Below, piece after piece: positions 1-16,571 of a stretch of DNA of 64,000 bases. Positions within the stretch are counted from its first letter, which is position 1. Each line of letters starts with the position of its first letter. The notes under the pieces are model-generated. The model had not been told where the DNA came from and searched no databases. It worked only from the letters and a program-made list of their open reading frames with translations. Source of the stretch: Eledone cirrhosa (lineage: Eukaryota); NCBI GenBank assembly GCA_964016885.1, contig OZ024742.1, positions 192,262,001 to 192,326,000 on the forward strand. The letters are read 5' to 3'. Made by a program: the position numbers and the translations under genes.

Positions 1-1075
<1,075 letters not shown>

Positions 1076-1216
1076 ATGTAGATAAATGTACAAAATTTTA
1101 CATAGATCTATATGATATACATACCAACACACACATATATCCTAGAAACGATCGTAAAATGATGATTTTTTTATATAAGGAACTGTTTCTTTGTTTTTAT
1201 TCATTATTTTTTATTA

Positions 1217-1254
<38 letters not shown>

Positions 1255-1452
1255 GGAAGAGATATATTCGATATGTCTCATGAAATAATACAGCCAATTT
1301 TACACACAATACAATTAGCACCGCGAACGTTTAATTGGGAATATACTCACTTATTTCCTAATGTTTGTTGAGTGAGTTGGGATTTGGCCGGAGTATCGCT
1401 AAAAGCTTTCTCCATTTATGTATTTATATATATATATATGAATATATAGATG

Positions 1453-1503
1453 AGATTCTACAGGACTAGAACTGTTTCATTCATTAGAAATCATCAGGAA
1501 TCT
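1453..1503 (-). ncRNA. Type I hammerhead ribozyme in a PLE pLTR-like fragment
   Basis: Minus strand: AGAUUC-CUGAUGA-UUUC(UAAU)GAAU-GAAA-CAG(UUCUAGUC)CUG-UA-GAAUCU. Stem I is a perfect 6 bp, cleavage triplet GUA, TATAAATA ~25 nt upstream. Confidence 0.85.
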
Positions 1504-1707
1504 GGGTATCAAAAAATAAAAATGGTATTTATAGGTCTCTACAAGTGGTAGGAGAGGGTGGGGAGTGGGATGGGTGCAGGTCATTGGTTGATAGAAAAGG
1601 GAATTCACTAAAAGCTAAATATATATATACCTTTCATTTATATATATGAATATATATATACATATATATGTGTGCGGGTGTACACAGAGAGAGAGACAGA
1701 TATATAT

Positions 1708-1770
<63 letters not shown>

Positions 1771-1777
1771 TAGATAC

Positions 1778-1842
<65 letters not shown>

Positions 1843-1932
1843 GAGAGAGAACGAAAGAAACAAAAAACGAAAACAAATTATTTGCAAATTTAAAATATTA
1901 ATTTAACACATACACATATAAGTGTATGTATG

Positions 1933-1964
<32 letters not shown>

Positions 1965-2003
1965 GGGGGGGGGTACGTCTGCGTGTATGTCTGTATATAT
2001 ATA

Positions 2004-2059
<56 letters not shown>

Positions 2060-2776
2060 AACAGAGAGACACATACGTACACTTAATCGTAGATATGCTA
2101 AACTCAATGATAAACAACCAAATTGTCCTGACACATGTGTAAGAGACAAACGAAAGAACACACTAGCACAGCAGAAAGACAATGCACCCCACATTACCTA
2201 CTTCCGTACATACATGCTTATATACTTATCTGCTTATGTATAGACATACTAACATATATACATATATACATACAAACATAATTACATACATACACACATA
2301 CAAACGTATAAACATACACACAGAGGCACTCACATAGACACATACACACACGCACGGACACAAACACATACATACACACTTCGCCGTTATTCTAGCTGCA
2401 TGACGAATGTTGTCGTATGGTCTAATTATATCTACAGTTAAGAATTTCTTTTGACATTCCCCGACCTACGCACACATGCCGTCATACATATGCACACACT
2501 GGCAAACACACACCGACACTTACTCAGTGATACACAGAGGCACCAGCCCAGCGACACATACACTCACAAAACGACACACATACAACGACGTGACACATGT
2601 ATAAACTCAAAGGCTCACCACACACACACGCGACTAAACCAACTTATCATAATAGCTACTGTCTGTTTGTATGAGAGTAGTTTTAGTGTTGAAATTGTTT
2701 GCGTAACCATGGTAATATCTTGGCTTCTATGTCTGGTAGTACTTTGTGTCTTTGAGAAAAACACATAGATGTAAAT

Positions 2777-3305
<529 letters not shown>

Positions 3306-3320
3306 AAACCAACACACACG

Positions 3321-3406
<86 letters not shown>

Positions 3407-3670
3407 CACACACACACACAAACACATATACTAGGTATTAAATTAACAATGAAAATAAAAACAACAAAGTCAAGTTACTTTACCTATTCTTATCATTGTT
3501 TTAGGATCGTTTCGGAGGTTCGGTCATATTGACATATTGTCTGATCTATCGCAGTTATATAGTATACTGTCAGACCTCATATAGGTTCGACCAGACCGTC
3601 GTATTCATTGAAAAGAAGACCAAAGACTGTTAAATATATTATATATATATAATTAACAGTGTTTATATGC

Positions 3671-3720
3671 GGTGCCCCAGCATGGCCTCAGCTGGGTGGC
3701 TGGGACAGGTAAAAGAGTAT
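3671..3720 (+). mobile_element. Retroposon 3' tail (GGTGCCCCAGCATGGCC...GTAAAAGAGTA)
   Basis: Near-identical copy at 4561-4617 and a minus-strand relic at ~13433-13469. Flanked by an imperfect TSD TATAATT(A/T)ACAGTGTTT. Confidence 0.7.
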
Positions 3721-3887
3721 AATTTACAGTGTTTGGTCTTCTTTTCATTGTAATATTTGTTCTTAAACGTCTAAAATAAGGAGTTCATACAAATAGAATT
3801 GTATGTAGCCTTCTAAGTAGTTTACTCTAATAAACCTCATATTTTGACCTGTAATAACCTCTTCCCGTACACTTATTTGTTTTCTTA

Positions 3888-3990
<103 letters not shown>

Positions 3991-4104
3991 TGTGTGTGTG
4001 TAGAGAGAGAGAGAGACAGACAGACAGAAAGACAGAGTCTATGAAGCTGAGACCAGAGAGAGATGCAGAATGGGTATAGAGATATAAAACTGGAGAGAGC
4101 GAGC

Positions 4105-4136
<32 letters not shown>

Positions 4137-4140
4137 GGGG

Positions 4141-4176
<36 letters not shown>

Positions 4177-4731
4177 CGAGATGTACTTCAGGTTTCTATT
4201 TGTAGTGTAAGATGCTGGATGAGAAATTATATGTTGAAATACTGCTATAATTCGGGAGGGCCTTGATACCAATGAAATCACACCCATCAGTTGAGCTTCA
4301 TAGAGGAGCATCACTAGTCATTGAGAACGTCAAGGAACTTTGACGATTGATTTACCATCCGTTTATTAACCCGACAAATTATAATAGTTATCAGACTAAT
4401 AAAACCCAAAGAAATGAAACTTAACTGGTGCATGCGTTTTAAAGACAACATGGCCCTCCCAAAGTATAACAGATGTGTATATATGCATGTGTACATATAT
4501 ATATGTATATGTATATATATATGTATATATATATATGTATATGTACATATATATATGTATGGTGCCCCAGCATGGCCTCAGCCGGATGGCTGAAACAGGT
4601 AAAAGAGTAAAAGAGTATATATGTATATGCTTATATATATATATGTAAAAGGTAAACAGAAATAACAACACAATCGGTACAGTATATGGAAGGAATATAT
4701 TAGTTTAACACTTGAAATAGCAGGGAGAGGG

Positions 4732-4767
4732 TCTTAACGTTTCGGACGCTAGTCCTTCATCAGAAGA
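4732..4767 (-). ncRNA. Minimal hammerhead ribozyme (palindromic stem III, PLE type)
   Basis: Minus strand UCUU-CUGAUGA-A-GGAC(UAGC)GUCC-GAAAC-GUU-AAGA. Degenerate relatives at 13814-13848(+), 24394-24428(+) and 52550-52587(-). Confidence 0.8.
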
Positions 4768-5463
4768 AAGAATGAGAAATTAGATAGATTGAGGGGACTG
4801 GCGGGATGGAATTGGAAAAAAGTGTTTTTAGAGAAAAATAAGAGGTCCATTCATGTTACCATCAAATCGTGTAAGTGTTTCAGTGAATTAATTACACCAG
4901 TCTCACAAACGGATCGATGCTAGAGTCAGGTCCATAAATTCCATGAGAGACCTTGATCCAATCATCACTGAAACGCCCGTAACAGGTTGATATACTATAA
5001 AAACATAAGTACACGTAAACGAAACTTCATCCTCTTTTCCTTATTATATAGCTATTGGAACGTCAAGTATGAACATTGTAGAAATTTATTGAAAAAGAAC
5101 AAGTTTCTACAAATTTCGTATTTGACGACCCAGTATATACGTGTTTTTCCTCGTTTATTGGTGTATGTTTTCTACTATTACATTAACCTAAATGAATTAA
5201 TTTCACACCAGACCTCACAGTATATATTTTATCAATGAAAACGTTCTCAAGCTACCAATAACCTAACCATTTTCAAGTATTCTTTACAAGGTGAATCTCA
5301 ACGTTCCAACTATAACTATTTTCACTATAAATCTCAATGAAAACGGCTGGAACATAATAGAGTAATATATATATACATATATATATATATGCACATGTAT
5401 ATAAGTTTTGCCAATTGGCTCAACATCTATGCGTAGGATGTAATAATATGTATTTGCTTACAG

Positions 5464-5515
<52 letters not shown>

Positions 5516-5894
5516 CATATATATATAGCCTATAGCCATTAGACTCCGGTAAAACAAACAATTATACATACATACATATATACATACATACATGCATACA
5601 TTTATACCTACATACATACGTACATTCATACATATATACTTACATACATTTATACATATATACATTGCAAATCTCGACATAACTACTTATTACATCTAAG
5701 AAAAACAAAATGGAAAGCAAAAACAGCCAGTTATGGCATCTATTACTTATGGGAGACAGTATCTGTCTGTGAAAGTTCTTCAAATCTTAAATTCTTTATG
5801 AAAATGGAATTATAATTTCTGTCTAAGAATACTCCATCATAATGACCTGCAAATGTTTCACATAATATATGCCAGTTATTGCTTATTCATACTT

Positions 5895-6452
<558 letters not shown>

Positions 6453-6820
6453 AAACACAATGACTTCAATTGTTCGTTCAGTTCATATAACCTAATTAAT
6501 AACAGAAGTAGCAGATGGCTATTTGGAACCAGCCAAATTCTTCATCAGTGACGTTTCTGTATATGTATTGCTATATGTAATGTGTATATCTCTAGGAATA
6601 CATGCCGGTTTACTTATCATTGTCTATACATCTGTGTTTCAGCAACTAAATGTATACCCAGCAACTATATGTATATCATATAAAAAAAATAATGGCAGTA
6701 TTACTTACTTTTGATATATGTTCTTGCATAATACAAATAGATGATTACTTCATCTGTCACTCGCAATCGAGTAAGACTTGGTAGTGAAATATGCTTTCGT
6801 TCATAATGTTGGGACTCATG

Positions 6821-7005
6821 TATGAGGGGGGGGGGCTGAAAAGTATCTAGCTTTGGTTAAAAGAAAATAGAGGAGCATCAGTCCATGATGATTTTATTCA
6901 ACATATTCTCTTCTCAGATCCACAGACTTATTGCAGTGGTCTATCAGTTTTTCTAAGCCCTGTAAAAAGCACTCGGAAAGCTTGGCCTACAACCAAGCCT
7001 CTGAA
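6821..7005 (+). mobile_element. Mariner/Tc1 transposon terminal fragment
   Basis: Starts TATGAGGGGG..GCTGAAAAGT, resembling the mariner TIR TACGAGGGG..CTGAAAAGT, followed by TTTTATTCAACATATTCTC. No transposase seen. Confidence 0.55.
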
Positions 7006-7567
7006 GCAGCGGTTAAACCATTACCCCCTCGTAGTTGCGAGCAGACACAGACACCCTAAGGACATTCCCTCTCTTATCCAGCGGAACACTTAGGATGTGA
7101 CAGATGGAAAGAGAATGGGTTGCACAAGTAAAAGACTGGTGTTTTCTTTATCAATCAGGAAATGATAACAGGTAAAATGGATCTCGACATGATTTCGAAC
7201 TCAGATCGCAATAAGCCGGAACAAGTATCCAATACTTTAACGATAAGTGATCTAGTCGTTTAAAAAACTGAACAGCCTGGTCGTGATATTAATGTGCTTG
7301 TGGTTGAGTATTCCACAAACACGCATGATATGGTTTCTAACAAAACTGAAACTTCGAATTGCAGTCAAGATCAACTTGAAATAAAGTGACATGCTGGCGA
7401 TAATCGAAACCGTAATCTTACGATCGCGTGCTGAACACTCTAACCACAATACTATGTACTTTCATTTATTTACATACAAACAGGCAGACATAACCCCAAC
7501 ACACACACATATACACACATATATACACACTTACATACACACACAGTAATGATGTTCTTTGCTTCAG

Positions 7568-7699
7568 TACCTGCGGCTGAAATTTTAGTGTCAACAACCA
7601 CCAGTTATGGCGTCACGAGCATCATGATAGCTATTGACCTGTTGAACTGCTCAACTTCCGGTGCTTCTGTTAGCCCCGTTACTACACCAAGTCACAAAC
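7568..7699 (+). CDS. Candidate Ser/Thr/Pro-rich exon (phase 1-1)
   Basis: ttctttgcttcag| acceptor and |gtacgt donor; 132 nt open: PAAEILVSTTTSYGVTSIMIAIDLLNCSTSGASVSPVTTPSHK. Confidence 0.5.
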
Positions 7700-7725
7700 G
7701 TACGTGCTGTAGGTGACGGACAGAA

Positions 7726-7761
<36 letters not shown>

Positions 7762-7942
7762 GGGGGAGATGGGAGAAGCAGACTGAGAGAGAAAGATGCA
7801 TACATTATGCGCCAGTATAATTTTTATGCTTATATTGATTTTTTTTTTCAAAAGAGACACTTAAACCTCCAAACAAAGTTGATTCTGTCAATCTATAAAA
7901 TACCACGAGACTAATTTCCTGCCACTCATTAACACCTTCCAG

Positions 7943-8820
7943 TTTCTGGTTCAACAGGCGTGTGGTCTCCTCCTTCTATCTCTGATACCGTTACGACAAT
8001 GAAATCTCCAGCCTGTGCACCAACATAAATACTGTCTCCTCGTTCTACCTCTGATACCGTTACTACAATGATCATTCTACCCTGTGCTCCGACAGAAATT
8101 AGGTCTCCTTCTTCTATCCCTGATATCGTGTCGACAATGATCATTCCACCCAATTCTCCAACAGAAATACTGACTCCTCATTGAAGAATTCACTTATGTT
8201 GATCCACAACATTACATAGATTTATCAACTACAATATGTTTTGATAAATATTAACACTTAAGTATTAACACTTTAGCACTTAAACCGGCCAAACCGGCCA
8301 TATCCGGTCAGAACTCTCTCACCTCACTCTTTTCAAACCAGCCATAACCGGTAGCTTTAACATTATATATGATAGTGCACATACTTAAATATGGAATGTT
8401 ACGTGATGCCCCCCCCCCCCACCGGCGGACATTCTATCTCTCTTGCCGTTACTATAATGGTTTCTCCAGTCACTATTTCAAAAAATATTTTCTCTCTTCC
8501 CTCTATCTCTGCTACCGTTGTTACTATAATGGTTTCTGTACCTTGTCTTCAATCTCTGATACTCTCCACCCTTTCGTTCACGGTCTGTTTTGTATCCCCT
8601 CTGGCGCTTCTACATTTACCACCATGTTCTTTCCAGCCTTTGGTTTTCCATATATCTCTTCTACTGTTAGTACAACAATCACTGCCGCTTCTTCTGACTC
8701 TCCAACCATTGCTCCACAGACCTGATGTCTCATCACTCTGCCTCTTCTACCGTTACTAAAAATGTCCCTGCTTCCCAGAGTTTGCCGATCCCGTATTATC
8801 TCCACTGATGTATTCAAGAA
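7943..8820 (+). pseudogene. Decaying mucin-like PTS tandem-repeat exon
   Basis: ccttccag| acceptor in phase 1. Repeats of 66-69 nt encode SPPSISDTVTTM..P.APTEIL. In-frame TAA at 8026 where sister repeats have GAA, TGA at 8182; S/T-rich sequence resumes 8430-8820 in shifting frames. Confidence 0.5.
8265..8400 (+). mobile_element. piggyBac-like MITE end
   Basis: TTAA followed by CACTTTAGCACTTAAACCGGCC (a TTAA-CCCTTT-like terminus). The other end is not evident. Confidence 0.35.
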
Positions 8821-8928
8821 TTATTGTCCTCTTCTACTCAGATAACCCATGGCATGTACAGCCCCGGCCCCATAAAAACCATTGCGCCCATTATTTGCTG
8901 TACCAAACCTCGGACCTCTGGTACTCCT

Positions 8929-9410
8929 TCATCATCATCATCATCATCATCATCAACGTTTAACGTCCGTGTTCCACGCTTGCATGGGTTTGGACGGGGG
9001 TAGTCCCACTTGAGGCAAGAGTGATTGTCTTGCTCGCATAGGACTGTCTGGCAGGTTTTCTACAGTTGGATGCCCTTCCATTTACAGTGTGGGTCTGGGA
9101 GGTTTTTACCGTGTTGCCTACACGGCCACATTACAGCGTGGACTGTGTGTTTTTTTGTCGTGACACCTACACGATCTCATTTGTTTCGGCCTGGATGGCG
9201 CGGCACCAACATAACTTTACATAGAACGGGGTGGTGTGGACGGGGTGGGGGTGGTGGTGGTGGGACGGGGTGTATTTTGTTAGAGATGCCTACTGGCTGG
9301 AGTAGGTTTTACTATATATTTAGGTAAGGCGGGTCTTCTCTGTTACTGAGTACCGCCAAAGGTCTCGGTCCAGTGACATTGTCTTGGAGAGGTGTAAGTG
9401 TGTGATGTCG
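8929..9410 (-). mobile_element. Non-LTR retroposon with (GAT)n 3' tail; shorter copy at 12284-12436
   Basis: (CAT)n followed by CGTTTAACGTCC..TTCCACGCTTGCATGGGTTTGGACGGG in both copies. Confidence 0.7.
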
Positions 9411-9877
9411 GAGTTTATCAGCTCGTCCAGGTTCATATATTTCCAAAAGGAGGGAACCTATAACAGTTTAAGCAAAACATCAACGGTATTGATCTTTCTG
9501 GTCGCCTGTGAAAAGTATGGACATTACTCCTCCCGCACGTCATACCTAAAAGATTTTTTCAATAAAATCTATTAAACGATTTCCTATGTGCTTGTTTGTG
9601 CCAGTTTCAAATTGAATGCTCTATTTCATGTAATATTTCATACACTCAGCCACACATACTATCATACTTGTACGCCTACTATTACTGTATTAACACTAGC
9701 ACAAACATATATACACCAGTAATTGTGCATATATGTGTAGCATAGTCACAGATATAGCTGTGGTTTGGGGTTCAGACAAACCTATCTATCTGTCTCTGTT
9801 TGTTAGTCTGTCTATCTCTTTCTTTCTTTCCATTCCACTGTTTTCCCCTCCCTCACAGCCTTTCACACACACACACA

Positions 9878-9916
<39 letters not shown>

Positions 9917-9970
9917 CCGATGATTCTCTGAGAGTACAAGTCAAGCACCAGTGTAACAAGGCCCACGTCC

Positions 9971-10060
<90 letters not shown>

Positions 10061-10062
<2 letters not shown>

Positions 10063-10140
10063 TCAGAAAAGGCTTTTCTGATGATTACCTTCGAATGAAA
10101 CAGTTCTAATCCTGTAGAAGCGATTTCTATCTTAAATATT
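10061..10140 (+). mobile_element. PLE pLTR fragment with HHR (10074-10120)
   Basis: CUGAUGA..GAAA-CAG(UUCUAAUC)CUG-UA-GAAG; same family as 1453; inverted copy of 10503-10582. Confidence 0.65.
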
Positions 10141-10218
<78 letters not shown>

Positions 10219-10273
10219 TGATTTAAAACTGCACTATTCACAAGTGTGTTTTAACCTTCATATCATGTCTCCC

Positions 10274-10348
10274 TATTTTATCTGACGAAAACGCAAATGA
10301 TGATATTTGCATGATGATATTTGTTTTTGAAATGCGCATAATAAAATA
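10274..10348 (+). ncRNA. Type I hammerhead ribozyme within the 10216-10386 insert
   Basis: UAUUUUAU-CUGACGA-long stem II-GAAA-UGCGCA-UA-AUAAAAUA; 8-bp stem I; same family as 16474. Confidence 0.8.
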
Positions 10349-10378
10349 CATAGAACTCTTTTAACCATCTTTTGATCT

Positions 10379-10702
<324 letters not shown>

Positions 10703-10737
10703 ACACACACACACACACACTCACACAAACACACACT

Positions 10738-10780
<43 letters not shown>

Positions 10781-11147
10781 CAGAAATTCAAAACAGGAGA
10801 ATAATACAACACGGTGCAGTGATGGTTTACTATTTTAACGGTGAATATAGTTGGAAAAGTACCTTAACATTACATATCCGACATTAGTCTTTTATCGAAA
10901 GGTATGCGTAACATGTAACCCAGTACAACATGTGCATGGTCGGTTTGTCGGTGACTAAACTGGCAACCCCACCAAGCTTTCTTGGTGAGGAGTGTGATCT
11001 TGGACACACTGCGGGATAAAAAACAGGACCCGTCAAAGGGCGGAGGAACACAGAGAGTCAATAGCCATCCAATAAAGTTTGAGTGTCGGTGTGTGTGTGT
11101 GTGTGGAGCGAGAGGCTCCTAGTCTTCATTAAGACATCCCTCTAGAA

Positions 11148-11964
11148 CCTTTTATAATAAATTCCACCTTAATGATATAGCAAAACATATGGCCCCCCCA
11201 AAAAAAAAACTTAAAATTTTTAATATAATTTTTTTATGTAGAAATAATTTCGGCATGTCTTTTTATTTCAATCAAATCATTTTAAATTTATTATAAACCC
11301 CTTTTCGACAAAATCATTAAAATAAGAACATATTATTTAATTTCAAAATACAAATTAATGAGATTTCTGATTTCCTTTTAAAAAAAGGTTCATCTTTTCC
11401 AAGTCGTTCAGGGTGACATTTTGAAAGATGTAATTTGAGCTTAGAAGGCCTCATAGTCATTTCCCAGTACCTTGAAACAAGTTACACATTGAGGCAAATC
11501 AATATTGTTCTTTTGCATGGAAACAAATCCCATTTGAAGATATCTATCATCATACTTTCTTTTTTTCTGTTTTTCTGAAATTTAGAAATTCACTAAAATA
11601 AATAAAAAAAGTTTCTATATCCAGTTTTAAATGATAAATTTACTAAAATAAATAATATATATCCTGTTGTAAAAATAAGTTTCTTTACTAAGTTTATTTA
11701 CTAAAACATAAATTGTTATATCCAGATTTAAATAATTATCAAGTGAAGTAAAATCATAATTAGAAAAGGTAGAAAGTTGACAAAAAGTTGAATATTAAAA
11801 ATTTGAAGCAAGAAAAAGAAAAAATTATGTTAGGAAACTACTCTTCTTTTTTATGTATGAAATTTTGTGATTTTTAGTTAATTCCTGTGCCCCCCCCCCC
11901 CCCCCCCCCAATAACTTGCTACGGCTCACCGGTGGGCCATGGCCCCCCTGGTTGAGAACCAATG
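11148..11964. mobile_element. Non-autonomous hAT (Charlie-type) element
   Basis: 8-bp TSD CTCTAGAA at 11140-11147 and 11965-11972; right end GGTTGAGAACCAATG; left TIR degenerate. Confidence 0.65.
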
Positions 11965-12621
11965 CTCTAGAAGAAGGTCACTCTGATATAAAATCTGCAT
12001 CTTCATTTGCCTCCAATGATGTAAACCAGTTCTGGGAGGGGGGGGGGGGGGGCAAATGAATTCGATATTCAGAGAGTGGGATTGGCCCCGTGCAAAGCTT
12101 TTCTTCACTTAAAAAAGCTTCAAACACAGACATCACTTGATATGCGACATTTTTTGCGATGCATGATATTGCTGGACATAGGCAAGTTCCTAGCAGGATT
12201 AAAAAGCCAAGTCCGTGGTGTTCATGTTTAAGTATCAAGCGATGGCATTACACGGAATTGAGTCGAGTTGCATCCACCATATATCATCATCATCATCATC
12301 ATCATCGTTTAACGTCCATATTCCACGCTTGCATGGGTTTGGACGGGAGTTTTCCCACTTGAGGCAAGGGTGGTTGTCTTGCTCGCATAGGACTATCTGG
12401 CGGGTTTTCTACGGCTGGATGCCCTTCCTAACACCAATATATATCTATGAATTATGTATGTATGTATACACACACACACACATACACACGTTGTCCCCGT
12501 TATCATTCTTTAATAGGACGAGAAATGACTTAGCCATATGTTTACAATTCATTATTTATAAAATAGTTATAATTACTGAAACGGAAGCGGGGTAAAACTA
12601 ATATATAAATAATATATATAA

Positions 12622-12653
<32 letters not shown>

Positions 12654-13924
12654 TCCCACACACTTATATACATACACAGACACAAACATATCCACACACA
12701 TATATATGCAAAGAAGTATTTCCGTGTCAGGTGTTGGCTGGTTAATGGAGTAGAGGTGAAGATGATTATGATGGCAGGTAGGTATGAGAGGAAACGGGGT
12801 TTATGCAAATATTTGGGTCCTTAAAAAGATATGAACAGCTGTCGACAGAGAGGGGCCAATGGACCCTAGAGTGATCTATTTCTTCACCTCAGCTGTGTCT
12901 CTCTCCCCCATACTTTTGACATTCGTAGGATTTAACTCTCTTCTCTCCCACCCCAAAAAACTCCCCCGCTCCCACGCAAACGTTACCATAGTAGTCATTC
13001 GTAAGTATGTCATTGCTGTGCTGGCTGGATGGCTTGTTGGCTGGTTGGATGGGCAGACAGGCGACCATGATGGAAAACATATGGTTTGAATGGGAGGACA
13101 TCACATGACCTGAAGTAATGAAATGTTTGATACTGCTTCTGTTGTTGCTGCTTGTTATAGAATGTTTGGTGTTGTGAGTGTATTGGAGAAGAAAAAAAAC
13201 ACCAGCGTTTATCTAGTGAACGGACGCAAAACACTTTGCACTTGATTAGAACGGTAGCGGTGTTGCTGCTTATGATGATGATAGCTGTATTGCATTGATG
13301 ATGGTTAAAGGGTGCTAATGTTAGGATGTACGGAAGCACTGCTTCACGACCAACTTTTTATTTTACTCGCTACACAATTTGGAGCGATAAATATATATTC
13401 TATGCCATTTCTATTCATTCTTTGTATTTAATGGTTTCAGTTATGTGACTGCGGCCATGCTAGGGTTCCATCTTGATTTATTCGATCATACTTATTTTAT
13501 CGCTAACAATTTTTTTTTAACTGGTAAGTAACCGGTTACATACACACACATACATACATATATATATACATATATATATTTATATATATGTATATATGTA
13601 TAAAGCCACGCATATGTAATAATCCACCCACCCCCTCACATACACACACAACCACACTAATGACACCCCCTACCCTACATTCTGGCCTTCCAGGCAGGAA
13701 TGTTCACCCACCTCCTCCTACCTATCTTTCTCCTCCCAACCTTTTCCCTCAACTTCCTTTCCTAACATTCTCCCACTACTCATACGGCTATCTGTTCTCT
13801 CCTTATCCAAATTTTCATGAAGAAGGACTTCTGTCCGAAACGTTGAACCCTCCTTTACTTACCTTAAGCGTGAACCTAATATAACTGTGTGATTTTTTCT
13901 TCCTGTGTTTTGTTTTGTTTCATT

Positions 13925-13991
<67 letters not shown>

Positions 13992-14409
13992 ATGTGTGTG
14001 TGTGTGTGTATGTGCGTGTGTGTGTGTGTGTGTGATTCAATTGTTCACCTGCTATAGTGCAGCCGCAACTTCGGTTAAACTCATATGTGTGTGCGTGTAT
14101 ATATATATATATATATATGACAGGTATCTAGGATATTTGCATACGCAGCCACGCAGTGGGTGGGACTGAACCCAAAACCACACGTCTGCAAAGTAAATTC
14201 TCTAAGCGCTCAATCATGGCTGCACTTGTACATATATACTCAGTTCATAAACACATTAAAATGCAATTTGAAAAGCAATTTATAAGATTTAACACATGCA
14301 TATGAATAATAAATTCAGGAAATTAACTACAACATAATGTTTTCTACAATATATGAAACACGAGTTATGAAATCTTTACGCTTAGAATGTCTATTTGAAT
14401 ATTTCATAT

Positions 14410-14573
<164 letters not shown>

Positions 14574-15345
14574 TATATTACACATTTAATTTCTTAGCAC
14601 AGAGTGTACCATGAGTGATTTATTAACTAAGTCATGTTGTCATTACGTACATGTGTTTCACTGATAGTAAGATCTGTGAATGAACGTGTTAGTGCGTGTT
14701 TATGTTCAGATAAAATAAGCACCAGACTTGGGTAATTAAATATTAAGAACGATCTAATGTGCTTAATCTCATTAAGTCATTGGCCAAGTATGGCCGTAGT
14801 ATAATGAGTAAAACAAGTAAAAGAAAATAAATAGAAGCACAAAATCAATAATAACAACAGCTACAGCGACAAAGTTACCATGGTATTTGACATAAGTAAT
14901 CTGATACGAAGGAAATATCTGGGGTAGTAAAATGAAAGCCACCTGGTTTTTTTGGGGAATCCCTTCAAATGAGGTGGGAGGAAAGGAACGCATATAGCGA
15001 GTGTTTGAAAAAGTAGGGCTAGGAATCAGACAAATTTAGCATAGAAAAGGGGGAAAATGTAGAGGAGGGTGGTTCTAAAATAATCTAGACCCAAATACTT
15101 TATATTTTATCTTTGATTATCTTTGACACCCACGCAAGTATGATCAAGTATAATAACTCCTTCAACTATAAACGTTGTTGACATAGTTTAGGATGAGGAG
15201 GCTGGGTATCTTAATAAGACCCAGTAGAATGAGGACAATACACATATGTGTATATATGTGTAGGTTAATAAATGAAACAAAACAGGAAGCAAAATTACAG
15301 TTATATTAGACGGTTAAATCTATACACCCTGTTTATATATATATG

Positions 15346-15452
<107 letters not shown>

Positions 15453-15633
15453 TTAATACATTAACAGAGAAAGCTTTAAGCGATACTCTGACCAACCCCA
15501 TCTGACTCAACAAACATTAGGATATACCTAAGTATTCTCCCAATTTAGCGTTTGGGGTCCTAACTAATCAGTATTTCGTGGATAGCTGGTTGTATTATTT
15601 TATGAGACATAATTAAATAAATCTCTCTTTCCT

Positions 15634-15756
15634 TCCATACGATCGTTTCGTTATAAGATTTCTACAATTTGGGATAAATAATGTCCAGGTTATGTAGAAA
15701 CTTGTATATAATCCATAGATATACAGACAAGCGGGTCCTTATAACTCATCAGTGGA
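15634..15756 (-). ncRNA. Hammerhead ribozyme with an 80-nt branched insertion in stem II
   Basis: Minus strand UCCA-CUGAUGA-GUUAUAAG-[80 nt]-CUUAUAAC-GAAA-CGAUCG-UA-UGGA. The host repeat (~15455-16100) has a relative at ~1250-1415. Confidence 0.75.
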
Positions 15757-16099
15757 TGCCCATGCAATATCGATATAAAAACTACATCGATATTAATAAT
15801 TAGTGATGATCTCCGTCAGTGCTATAAGGACAGCTAAATTTGAAAAGCCAGTAGTCCTTCAAAAAGGAAATTCACACTGTCTCCAAAAGGGAAAGGGGAG
15901 GTCATCGTAAAATATAAAATAATATACACGCTGGTCAATGAAGCCTGTTAGTATTTTAACCACGTGTTTAAGAACTCAATTGGATATTTAAAAAAATAAA
16001 TATATGAATGTACCATCAATACACACATAGAGATATTTAAAAAATAATAATAAATATATGTACGCACTATCTATACACACATATAGGTATTTTCTCAGG

Positions 16100-16161
<62 letters not shown>

Positions 16162-16284
16162 GGAGGTGAGTTTTATTGTAGTACAATAAAGCAATGCAGA
16201 TATCGGATAAGAAGCACTCTACAGTTTGTAGGACTGGAGTATACATAATATATAAGATCAAAAGATGGTTAAATGAGTTCCATG

Positions 16285-16355
16285 TATTTTATTATCCGCA
16301 TTTCAAAAACAAATATCATCATGCAATAACATTTGTGTTTTCATCAGATAAAATA
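16285..16355 (-). ncRNA. Hammerhead ribozyme (left arm of the palindrome)
   Basis: Mirror of 16474-16541 with one stem III mismatch. Confidence 0.7.
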
Positions 16356-16473
16356 GGGAGACATGATATGAAGGTTAAAACACACTTGTGGATAGTGCAG
16401 TTTTAAATCAACATATGTTGATTTAAAACTGCACTATCCACAAGTGTGTTTTAACCTTCATATCATGTCTCCC

Positions 16474-16541
16474 TATTTTATCTGATGAAAACACAAATGT
16501 TATTGCATGATATTTGTTTTTGAAATGCGCATAATAAAATA
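16474..16541 (+). ncRNA. Type I hammerhead ribozyme
   Basis: UAUUUUAU-CUGAUGA-AAACACAAAUGUUA(UUGCA)UGAUAUUUGUUUUU-GAAA-UGCGCA-UA-AUAAAAUA. Confidence 0.85.
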
Positions 16542-16571
16542 CATGGAACTCATTTAACCATATTTTGATCT

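Noticed and set aside
2703-2716. X-box-like GTAACCATGGTAAT
   Set aside because: Imperfect match with no supporting promoter context.
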